Program-made: the position numbers and the translations under genes
The notes under the pieces: generated by a model
Seen by the model: only the letters and a program-made list of their open reading frames with translations
Told to the model about the DNA's origin: nothing
Database searches by the model: none
From: Felis catus
Lineage: Eukaryota
Assembly: GCF_018350175.1 (NCBI RefSeq)
Contig: NC_058368.1
Span: forward strand, 150,538,001 to 150,602,000
Length of the DNA stretch: 64,000 bases
Direction: 5' to 3'
Shown: in pieces, positions 27,331-37,999 of the stretch
How positions within the stretch are numbered: the stretch's first letter is position 1
How the letters are laid out: each line of letters begins with the position of its first letter

Positions 27331-27800
27331 GGCGCGCGGACGCGGCGGGGAAACCGCAGGAGGCACAGGCGGCAGGCGGGGGGCGGGTGGGTCGGGGTTT
27401 GAGGCGGGGGAAGAGAGGGCGGGGGGTGTTGGAGAAACAGGAGGGAGGAGGAAGATTATCTGCATATGCATGAGGCACCCAGCACTGCCCTCTTCCCCGG
27501 CAGCTGCTCGGGCGGGAGCGGAGGGAGGGGGTGTGGAGGGGAGGAAGGAGACGCCGGCGAGGCGGCAAGAGCAACTGCTAAGGCGGACGCGGGTTTGGAG
27601 AACGGAGAAGGTGATTTGCATGGCGCCTGGTGATTGGATGACGGCCGGAGGCTGGGTCTGAGAGGAGGCTGCTGAATGGTTTAACGGAGGAAATTACAGG
27701 ATTCATTTGGCTAAAGAAAGCCCGAGAGGGCCCGGTCTGCGCAATACGAAGCCTGGCCGCGAGGGGGCGCGATGTCCCATCTTTGTTCCTGTTAAAGGCT
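27130..27800. promoter_or_regulatory. CpG island / core promoter
   Basis: Sharp rise in GC and CpG content (gcgcgcgc, ggcgcgcggacgcggcgg); GC boxes near 27380-27425 and 27510; ATTGG (CCAAT on minus) at ~27633 next to TGACG; octamer ATTTGCAT at 27614-27621; TGCATATGCAT at 27461-27471. Confidence 0.85.
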
Positions 27801-28282
27801 CCTTTTCTCTTCTCCCCACCCCCTCCGTCCCTGCCCCCACCCCCCACACACAGACACACGCAGAAAGTGCAGAGAAACCCTGTGATCCAGTCAACTGGCT
27901 CTGCCCCGTCTATTAAGAAAGATGAACACTCCTTTCTCTTCCATCTCCTTCATGGGAGACCACTTTTCATTTCAGATTATCACATCAATAAATATTCTTC
28001 CAGGAATAAAAAAAGGCACTTTGCCAAAAGATAAGAGAATATATATGAAATGTGTGGATTATAGAGAAAGACAATACATGTAGGCAGGGGAATAGGCACA
28101 CATATGTAAATACGCACATAATCACCCTGAGGACACAAAACATGGGTGGGGGGGAGCATAGCCAGACAGGACACCGGGAGAGAACACGCATCACTCACAA
28201 GGTGCTCACAGGCTGTACACACTCGCCCAAACGCTGAGGCACACACCCACTGACCAGCACACCACCACAACCACCACCGCTA

Positions 28283-28285
<3 letters not shown>

Positions 28286-28325
<40 letters not shown>
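28286..28325. repeat. (AC)20 microsatellite
   Basis: Read directly from sequence. Confidence 0.98.
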
Positions 28326-28327
<2 letters not shown>

Positions 28328-28732
28328 CGGAGAAGCTATCCAAGTAAATTCACACGCAATGGAAACACTGCCGAGAAAATAAGAGAGAATAATTTAAATT
28401 GTTCATCCCCTCCCCCTTCAAAAAATACTCAAGCAGAATGATTCTATTTGCATAATACTAATGTACGCAGGACGCCGACAGGGGCAAAAAAAAAATGGCT
28501 CTATTTGAGGCACACACGAGAGAATGCGGGTATGCACACACAGACACGCACACGCACGCACGACAGTGGGCGGGACACACCCACAGCCTGTGTCCTCCGC
28601 CCACAGGCACAAGCAGAGGACAGATGCCATCAGCTGCCATCAGTACAGTTTTCCAGAAAATACTAACGTGAGAAAAACGTAAAGAAACCCACCCTGCTAA
28701 GCCACAGAACCGTTAGTGGACCCAGGTTTTCT

Positions 28733-28768
28733 ACACACACACACACACACACACACACGCACGCGCAC
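28733..28768. repeat. (AC)13 plus GC/AC alternating purine-pyrimidine tract
   Basis: Read directly from sequence. Confidence 0.97.
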
Positions 28769-30399
28769 TTGTCAGACAGGAGAGTTAGGTTCAAAGAAAT
28801 AATGGATGCACAATAGATAACTGAGAGCTAGACTATGTCATCAGCTTAAACAATACTTTGAAATTACTTCAGCCTGGAGATGGCTTTCTGGGATGCTCCT
28901 GAAAAATCATACCTAAGAAAAAATAAAACATTTTCATTTATTCTGCTTTTCTCTTCTTTTTTTCCTTTTCCATCTTGTTTTTTAAGACAGGGTAGAGGGA
29001 GAATCCCCCTTTCCCAAAGGAGGGTAGCCCTGTTTTTGTTTTGCGAGCTCATGAGCTTTCCAGTTGATTTCCCTGGGAGGAAGGTGCTAGGGAGAAGTCT
29101 TTCCCCGCAGCCTCCCAGCCAGACGCATCACAAAAGGCATTATTACACATTCCAAATAACAAGGGCTGTCTATATATTTACAAATCTGTTCAAATATTTA
29201 ACCTCTTAACTTGCTAAATATCCCCCTCTTCTCCCTTTCTTTCTCTCTTGCACTCTCCCCTCTCCCCATTTCGGCCCTCTCTCTTCCTTTTCCCTTCTCC
29301 TTCCAAAAGAGTTGGGGACAAGAAGTGCCCTTCTGGGGTCCAAAATGCGGCTAGGGGCTCTGGGCTTTACCTGACCCTATTTGAATGCCAATTTCGTTTC
29401 AGGCAATTGCTTCTTCGCCAGCCAAAGATCGGTTTTGAATTATCACGGCTACCCCTTTTAAAGGGGAAGCTTTGATGTTGCCTCTCAGTTTTTAAACTGC
29501 CACCGGAAGGCATCTCCTAAATGGGAGGGATTGTCCTGACCCTTTGGAGTTGCAGGTGCTCCCAATCAGGGGTGTTTTCCTGCGCGTTGCACCTTCTGCC
29601 CATCAAGGGACTAATAGAGGGGCAGCTGCATGAGTGAGGACCTTCTAAAGACAGCCAGGGAGTTTCGGCAGCATTTTGGCAACCCAACCAAGGCCAGAGA
29701 TGAGGCACAAGCCTACTGCAGTAACCAATTTGGAATGCCACCGTTGAAAATCTCTCACTGCCCAAATCTTTCTTCATCAGGTTAATAAATTCAATCTGAG
29801 GGCCAATGTAGAATGTAAAGATACATAGCAGTGGGCCTTTAATGCAGTAATAGCGCTACATTAATCCAAAATCAAGTTATACTCGCTCTGATGCATAAAG
29901 GGAAAAGAAAACTTGTGCTTGGATTTTGCGGGAAAGGCAAACAGGCTAACCCCTAAGGACACTGCTCACTCCCTACTCTCCAGGCAGGTGACGTGGGTAG
30001 GACTTCACTTTGAAGGACCCATAAGCACCCTCACCCTGGTGTGTCCCAGCTTCACCCGGGACTTTGCTTGTGACACAACCTAAAGTGCCCTGAAGGAGCT
30101 TCCCACGCCATTCTGGGGTTTTTCTTTCCGGGAAGAATTGCAAGGAAAATCCAGTGCCTCTACAGTTGACACAGAAAAGTGTACTTCCTCTTGTCCCGTT
30201 TCCTCTGGCCTCAGATAATACCTTTGGCTATGTATTTGTGTCGGGGTAATGCAAACAGTGAAACTGCAGTTTGGCAAGATAATGAGAAGTGTGTCTGCAT
30301 GTCATGTTTGTCCAGTTGACCATAACATTTCATCTTCCACCATCTTCAGATGTCTGTGCTTCTCTGAGGCGAACTACCCACCAATGGCCAGAGAGCACT

Positions 30400-32570
30400 T
30401 TAGGAAAACCAGCGCTCTCCTCAGACCCTAGCCCTTAGCACACTCAATTTGGTGTGCAAGAACCCCTCGCCCCCGGGTATCTGCCAGGCTCTGACTTTCC
30501 CCGAGGTGCTGAAACGCGCCTTTCTGGGCGATAATGGCATTTGCTCAGCTGTCGGGGCTGGCATGTCTCGCCAGGAGTGCTTAGAGCCGCCCAAACCTTG
30601 GGCAAGGGGAAGTAGGGAAGAGGGAGTAGCTAACATGTATGTTGAAAGAGGTTTCCTAAAAACTTTTACAGATGCCAAGTAAGAGAAGGAAGACGAAGTG
30701 AGTTAAAAAAAAATAATAATAATAAAAGTATGTTTACTCTTGGTGCTCACGCCAGACCCGGAGGAAAACGTTAGCACTGGATTGTTATGCGATGTATTCT
30801 GTAAAATGCCATCTATTTGCATGACTGCGTGATGGTCAGGACATTTCTCTTCTATTGCACAAACCCCTTAGGAAAACTGCGGGCAGTTTAAGAGTTTTCT
30901 AGTTTTGCCTGATCGGAAAAGATATTCATCCGGAGACATTATCTGAATTTGCGCAAGAATGAAGGCTGCTTGTCATGCGTCCTTCGTCTCCAGTAATACG
31001 TGCCACCCAATTAGAAGCAATTTAAGCAATCAAGGCCGTTATAAGGGAAGGGGGTGTTAAAAATAGGTTTTCTATAGCCTCAGAACTCTAATTCGGAAGA
31101 AAATCTAAAATTACACATGTATCATTTCTTTATATAAAATAAATATATAATCCAAGTGTCTCCTGTTCGCTCTTCTTTTTTCCTCCACGCTCCCTCCCCC
31201 ATCGCCTGCCTTCCTTCTGGGAATTTATAACAGAAGTGAAATGTAAAGCTCTGATAAAGCAGAGACTAGAGTCCCTAAAAAGTCTTTGAGACCAACGCGA
31301 GAATGAGGGTGGGGCTTGGCCCAGCTCTTCCTGGGCTTCCCGCTCCTGTATTAAGAGCCCTTGACAGTGGTTGCTATCTGATTTCCATCCGTGATAAGCG
31401 GGAAAATCTCAGAAGTAATGCCCAGATATCGAAGGACCCCCATTCCTGGAATCTAGTTGTATGACCTCCCCGGGCCCCTAGCGGGGGAGGGGGGGAGAGG
31501 TCAAGGATGGCCGACTAAGGCGGTGGACTCTGGTCCCTCGAGGGAAGTCAGGATCGCTGCCGACATATACGTTCACCTTGGAGGTTAGGGGTACAGAAAA
31601 AGGGCAAAGAGACTATGTTGGAGGCGAAAGAGGTAAATAAAAGCAGGTGCATGTTTCCAAACAGAACGGGAAAAGAAGAAATCAAAAAAACTAAAGCACA
31701 GCAAAAAATAGACCCCAAGCAATGTTCTCTAGCAAAACACAAGAATGCAAAACTCGGGGGCGCCACTTCTCACCCATTTCCTACGTTCCCACTGGGCAAG
31801 CGCCAGCGGGGCAGGCCTGAAAAAGAGGCTGAGGGCCAAAATGACTGACTCCCCAGCTTCTTCCCTTACCCACCGAGCCTGCCCCTTCCAGCACATCTAT
31901 TTAAGAAAGAATTTTATCCAACCCAGCTTTCCTCGGAAAGCAAAGCAAGCCGGTCCGGAAATGGACTGAAGTAAAGTTGGCAGAACTTTTAGGAAGCGAA
32001 AGGCCAGTCCCTCTGCTTCCTGCAGGCGCCAGATCCTGAGCCTTCAATGCGTTTGGCCACGAGGGCCAAAGTTCTCTGGAAGTGAGTTTGTGCTTAAAGC
32101 TCACCTGAACCCTGAAAGCCCTGGCAGACAGGGAGAGGGGGGAGGAGTCTGCACTGACCCGAGCTCCGGGCCCAGAGTGGCAGAGCGCACATCGAGGGAG
32201 GCCAGGAAGTCGTCCCTGCGCTCCAGGAACAGACACCAGCTGACTCCAGGGGACTCACAGCCTCCAGAATGGGAATTAATCACCTGGCAGTAACCCCCTT
32301 CAGAACTCAGTCTTCTGGAAGGAGCTTAAGGTCAAAACAACATTCCTTTCCCAAAGCTTCTAAGGGTAGACCATGAGTGCATGAGTACGGAAGTGGGGAC
32401 AGGTCTTGTCTCAGAAGTACCACTGGGTTTAAAGACAATAGCAGTTCCAGAGGAGACCGCAATGCCTCCACAGAGCAAGCTATCAACGCCTGGGTGTCTC
32501 AGAATGTGAGCCCCAGACCAACTGCCAGGCAAGGAGAGCAGACGCCAGGGCCCCTCTCCACCCTCCGGTG
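30400..32570. promoter_or_regulatory. Second moderately CpG-rich regulatory zone (possible upstream alternative promoters or enhancer)
   Basis: CpGs retained well above flank level, no recognisable transposons, G-run gcgggggagggggggagagg at ~31481, octamer at 30816-30823. Confidence 0.5.
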
Positions 32571-33046
32571 ATTTCTTTACAGAAGGTTCTCATACACAGC
32601 TACAATAATATTCCAATGTTAAAATCCTTCCTAATAGCACCTAATTTATTTCCTATTTGTTCTGCTTGTTTGTGTCTGATTCGTGAACTGAAACCATTTG
32701 ATTTTTAACAAATTGATCGATTTAACAATTCAAGAAGTATTTATTTTCAAATAATCTTCCCTGGAAAACAGTGTTCAATTTCTTCTTGATTTTAAAGCTT
32801 CATGAAAAGTAATTGCTTCCAGAATTCTTTGAAAAAATATACTGTATTTTTACACAACTGTGCTAAAAATAGATGACATTTAAAACACAAATAGATATTA
32901 AAAACATTTATCCTAATAAGGTTTTGATTTAATAAATACAGATGTAAGCATTTCTGAATTTAATTCTTCCTTTTGCTACATAATGCCCTAATATGTTGGA
33001 GTACAAATCAGAATAGATATTATTGACAAACAACAGTACACTTTTA

Positions 33047-33105
33047 TTTTTGTTTTAAATTTTTTTAATGTTATTTATTTTTTATTTTTTTTAAATTTTT
33101 TTTTC

Positions 33106-33151
<46 letters not shown>

Positions 33152-33349
33152 GGGACAGAGAGAGACAGAGCATGAACGGGCGAGGGGCAGAGAGAGAGGG
33201 AGACACAGAATTGGAAACAGGCTCCAGGCTCTGAGCCATCAGCCCAGAGCCCGACGCGGGGCTCGAACTCACGGACCGGAAGATCGTGACCTGGCTGAAG
33301 TCAGACGCTCAACCGACTGCACCACCCAGGCGCCCCAATGTTATTTATT

Positions 33350-33400
<51 letters not shown>

Positions 33401-33558
33401 ATGAGCAGGGTAAGGGCAGAGAGAGAGGGAGAAAGAGGATCTGAAGCAGGCTCTGTGCTCGAGAGCAGAGGCCTGAAGAAGGGCTTGAACTCAAGAACCG
33501 TGAGATCATGACCTGAACTGAAGAAGGACGTCTAACCGACTGAGCCACACAGGAGCTC
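33047..33558 (-). mobile_element. Older CanSINE whose tail is interrupted by a younger CanSINE
   Basis: Outer TSD caaca(g/a)tacactttta at 33031-33046 and 33559-33574. Confidence 0.95.
33083..33336 (-). mobile_element. Young felid CanSINE nested in the previous element
   Basis: Near-consensus, CpG-rich body; perfect 16 bp TSD aatgttatttattttt at 33067-33082 and 33337-33352. Confidence 0.97.
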
Positions 33559-35539
33559 CAACAATACACTTTTAAAAGTTAAATTTGTTCTTTAAATCTA
33601 CTCTCTTCATATTGCAGTTTGAAAGTTTAGTACACACAGATAGTCTTTTCTCCTTCCTGGATCTTTTCTCCTTCCTGGGTCTCAGCTTTGTTAATTTTGG
33701 GGATTGAACTAAATAATCTACAGTTCAAAAATTATAGTTTTATAAAATATTTGACTTCCATGTATTTTGCAGTTACATAAAGACATTATTAATATCAAAA
33801 TAAACATTTTCCTGGCTACTTTGTACAAGTAGTCTGTATTTTAACTGTCTATATAATACTCTGTTTTAACTCTCTGGGAGGATTCCTGATCTGATCTATT
33901 GCCCCATAACAATCCAAGGGAATGCAGGAAGGATTATAAAGAATTGTGTATCTTGATGCATAGATCCACTTTTCTGTAAATGGGGTCATATCTCACTAGA
34001 TTCCCAAAGAGATTCATGATTCAAAACAGTTTATGAACCAAAGATCTATCCTGGAAGCATTCATAGGCAAAAACAAAACAAACCCAGCAATCCTTGCATT
34101 GGCATTCCTTTGCATGGATGAAAGGTTTAGTTCTTAAAGTAATTTAAGGGCACTGAATGCTGTGTGAACTTCTACAATAGCACTCCATCTAGTTGTAGAA
34201 AATGAAAATCTCAGGAATGGTGTTATCCATAAGAATTTTATGACCCTAAAAAGAGCTTAAATTTTTCCTCCAGCCATTATTGAAGTTGGTGAATTAATAC
34301 CTTGGATAATTTTATAACTTTCTCTGGAAGACAGCTAGTTCATTTCAGTGATTATAAGAATCAAGAACTATGTGGAGAATATGCTCTCTGATAGTGGCCT
34401 TGAAGTTGTCTTTTTCTCCAGTAATAATCTTTTCTCAGTTCTCTTCTTCCTCTCCCCTCAGTTCCTCTTCTATTCCCAATACCCAGTCCCCACTTAGGCC
34501 CATTGTTCCAGGCCAACCTGAGTTTATTTAGTCTAAGCAACATTTTCAACAATCAGCAACAGCAGATTACAATGAACATTTTTTTTTTTCAGTTTGGCCC
34601 AAGTCTATGAAATTAATTTCCATTTCAACAATCACAAGACTTCCCTTGGAAATATCAGTGACTGCACAAGCCATAGACAGATCAAGTGGAGGTGCTCAAT
34701 CATCTGAATGGGGTTGGGTTATGTTTTCAATTGGAACAAGGTATTAAGTGATTAAATTGTGCCAGCAGTCATAGCACTTTTATCAAGCCCTTTTCTATCC
34801 AAGCAGGCACAAGGATAGTCAATCCCTGGTTCTGAAAGTCTCCAAGGAAAACTTGGAATGCTTTAAGAAACCATGTTTGCAATTAAAGCACTGGCATTTT
34901 TCTTCCCATCACAGAATAAAGGCTAAATACCATTTTGGAAACTTTACCTTTCTTTTTATTTCAATAAGCTGCTTAAGATCCTCTTGCATTCATTGACAGG
35001 ATTTTTGGCCCCATTCTGCTGCACTAGCCCACAACCATTTAATTATTAAATGTTAACAGATTACAAGTGACTTAACAGAGACACATTCAGAATTCCAGAT
35101 ATCATTATCTTAATTCCTACCACAGCTAGCACTCATACAATATAGAAGATCAAATACCAATATGGGCACCATATTTTGCCCGCCTGTTTGTAGACAGAGT
35201 TAGAACACTGGCATGTCTTTACCTTATTCCTATCAGCGTACCTGGCACAAAGATGGGAGAATGAGTTAATTAATAAATGAATGAACAAATATGCAGGGTG
35301 CTCAGTGTCTATTTGACTATTTGAATCACTGGAGAAGTGGCAGCTTTTTAGTGGTTCCTAGGATAGTTCCTAGAAGTGCTTTTAAATGAAAAATACAAAA
35401 TGAACATAATAAAATACTAAATACATATCATAAATCTGAAATAAAATTAAGCAGTCCATTATCATAAAATTCTTTTTAAAAGTCTTCCAACTGCTGGAAA
35501 TAGGAGAAGTAAAAATGAAACTTCCTCGGTAAGGCCAAG

Positions 35540-36110
35540 AGATTATTGTGTCAGGCATCGTTCTGAGTGTGTTGTGTGAATTCTCTCATTCAATCTCCCA
35601 GGAAAACTCTGAGACATGGACTAGTATGACCATTTTACAGGTGAGGAGACAGAGGCAAGAGATGCCGATAACTGAGTGTATATGGCGGAGCCAAAGTTCA
35701 AATAGAGACAGTTTGGTTCTAGACAGAGCTCTTAGACACTTAGGGGGTATTTCACACAAAACAGTGTTCAGTTGATGGTCACATAATTTGTTGAAAGAAG
35801 TGTAGGAACAAGGGAATTAAAGAAATATTCAGAAAAGTAACAGGTGCTTCAGAGAATCCAAAGATCCCACTCCTATTTCTCATGGCAAATAAACAGGCAG
35901 CACAGCATGAACTGCAGAGTCAGCTGAGCTGGGTTAACATCTCCAAGTCCTCATTTTTGGGCTGGGAGACCTTGGGCCAGTTACCTAACCTCTCTGAGCC
36001 TCAGTTCTTCAACTGTAAATTGGCAATAAAAATACTAACCTCAGGGAATTGTAATGATTAAATATAATGGATACACAGTACTTCATATAAAATAAATATC
36101 AGTTATTATG
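35540..36110. mobile_element. Two MIR fragments in opposite orientations
   Basis: ccattttacaggtgaggagacagaggc at ~35630 and accttgggccagttacctaacctctctgagcctcagttcttcaactgtaaa at ~35970. Confidence 0.75.
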
Positions 36111-36460
36111 TGTGACATAGATTACAGGATTGAATTGGATCCTAACTGAAGCATTGCCTCTATTTTCAAGTGAAATGCCAATATTCAGTTGGGTTAGGCT
36201 ATTCTAGTTACTTCCACAACATTCCTACCATTTTTCCCAATCTGATGTCTTCAGACATTGTATCTGCCACACTTAATATGAAATCAAAGTTATATTCTTT
36301 GTATTTCAGAGATAAACTTGCAAACAATCTCCCTGCACCCACTACAAGTACTGTCTCGGAAGCATTAAGACATCTTCATCTTCCTTCATTTGGACAAGGC
36401 CTGGAATATGAGGAAGGTGTGTACAAGGGCATAAGGGAGCTTGAAATGAGGAGACAAGAC

Positions 36461-36618
36461 TTTTATTTATTTGTTTTTCATTCATTCATTCATTCATTTT
36501 GTGGGCTTCATGCCCAGCACAGAGCCCAATGTGGGGCTTGAACTCACAACCTTGAGGTCAAGACCTAAGCTGAGATCAAAAGCTGGACACTTAACTGACT
36601 GAACTACCCAGGTGCCTC
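36461..36618 (-). mobile_element. Shortened CanSINE
   Basis: agagcccaatgtggggcttgaactcacaaccttgaggtcaagacc...actacccaggtgcctc. Confidence 0.9.
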
Positions 36619-36716
36619 AAGGACACAGTCTGTTTAATCTGGTCATTAATTTCCCTGTAAGAAGAGCTCTCTCTGCTCTTAATATATATTTTTAAATTAT
36701 ATATTAGTTATATATG

Positions 36717-36937
36717 TTTAAAAAAATTTTTTTTAATGTTTATTTATTTTTGAGACAATGCAAGAGACAGAGTGCAAGCAGCAGAGGCGCAGAGAGAGGG
36801 AGACACAGAATCCGAAGCGGGCTTCAGGCTCTGAGCTGTCAGCCCGGAACCCGACCCAGGGCTGGAACTCACGAACGATGAGATCATGACCTGAGCTGAA
36901 GTCAGACGCTTAACCGACTGAGCCACTCAGGCGCCCC
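36717..36937 (-). mobile_element. Felid CanSINE
   Basis: Full antisense body; TSD agttatata. Confidence 0.96.
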
Positions 36938-37004
36938 AGTTATATAATTATTTTTAATTTTTATCAAGGTAAAGGATATATATGGTTTAAAAAAATAACA
37001 TAGA

Positions 37005-37207
37005 GGGGCCCCTGGGTGGCTCAGTCGGTTGAGCGTCCAACTTCAGCTCAGGTCATGATCTCACAGTTCGTGGGTTCGAGTCCCGCATCGGGCTCTGTGC
37101 TGACAGCTCAGAGCCTGGAGCCTGCTTCAGATTCTGTGTCTCCTTCTCTCTCTGCCCCTCCCCACTCACGCTTTGTCTCACTCTGTTTCTCAAAAATAAA
37201 TAAATGT
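37005..37207 (+). mobile_element. Felid CanSINE
   Basis: Full body; 16 bp TSD aaaaaaataacataga at 36989-37004 and 37208-37223. Confidence 0.97.
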
Positions 37208-37777
37208 AAAAAAATAACATAGATTGACTTACAATGAAAAGGCACAGAGTCCTGTCCTTTCTTCACTTCCATTATAGCCCCTCATGAAGAATCATTTTAA
37301 ATGTTTTCAATTGTTTCTAATTTTTTTCTGGTGATTACTATCATATTGCTAAATATTATATTTATACATCTACTTTTTTATTAATTTTGGCCACTGTCAT
37401 TAACTTCCTTCCATTGGAAATGCAGATATAGGTTACCTGTACCACTTCCCATACATTTTCCCAATATAGTTGCATCACCATTTTTTACTTTCTACATTGT
37501 CTTTATAATTTTAAATAATATATTTCACATGTATTTCTTGATGAAACAACCTCAGATACTATCTTTTGATATCACATTTTAGCTCTCCTCTCATCTCTCA
37601 CCACTGAAATTGTATTTTCTGTATTTTGTGTTTACCTTAGCAAATTTGATGACATTACATTTTCCTTTTAAAATTCATAAAATTAAGTTTATGTATTTTT
37701 ATAAATATAAAATTGAAAATCAATAAAGTTTTACAATTATAACAATGTAAATATATATATATTTACATATATATATA

Positions 37778-37978
37778 TTTTTAATATTTCTTTTTGAGAG
37801 AGAGATGGAATGCAAGCAGGGGAAGGGCAGAGAGAGAGAGGGAGACACAGAATCCTAAGCAGCCTCCAGGCTCCAAGCTGTTACCAAAGAGCCTGACACA
37901 GGGCTCGAACTCACAACCCTGAGATCATGACCTGAGCTGAAATCAGACACTTAACCAACTAAGCCACACAGGTGCTCC
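37778..37978 (-). mobile_element. CanSINE
   Basis: Antisense body ending aagccacacaggtgctcc; TSD-like acaat(g/t)taaatat. Confidence 0.93.
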
Positions 37979-37999
37979 ATGACAATTTAAATATTATTT

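Noticed and set aside
26941..27621. Longest ORFs in the track (153, 149 and 97 aa) over the CpG island
   Set aside because: They overlap on both strands, are low-complexity and Arg/Pro/Ser-rich with no recognisable domain; stop-codon scarcity in GC-rich DNA explains them.
33644..33678. 17 bp tandem duplication tcttttctccttcctgg
   Set aside because: Ordinary slippage duplication with no functional cue.
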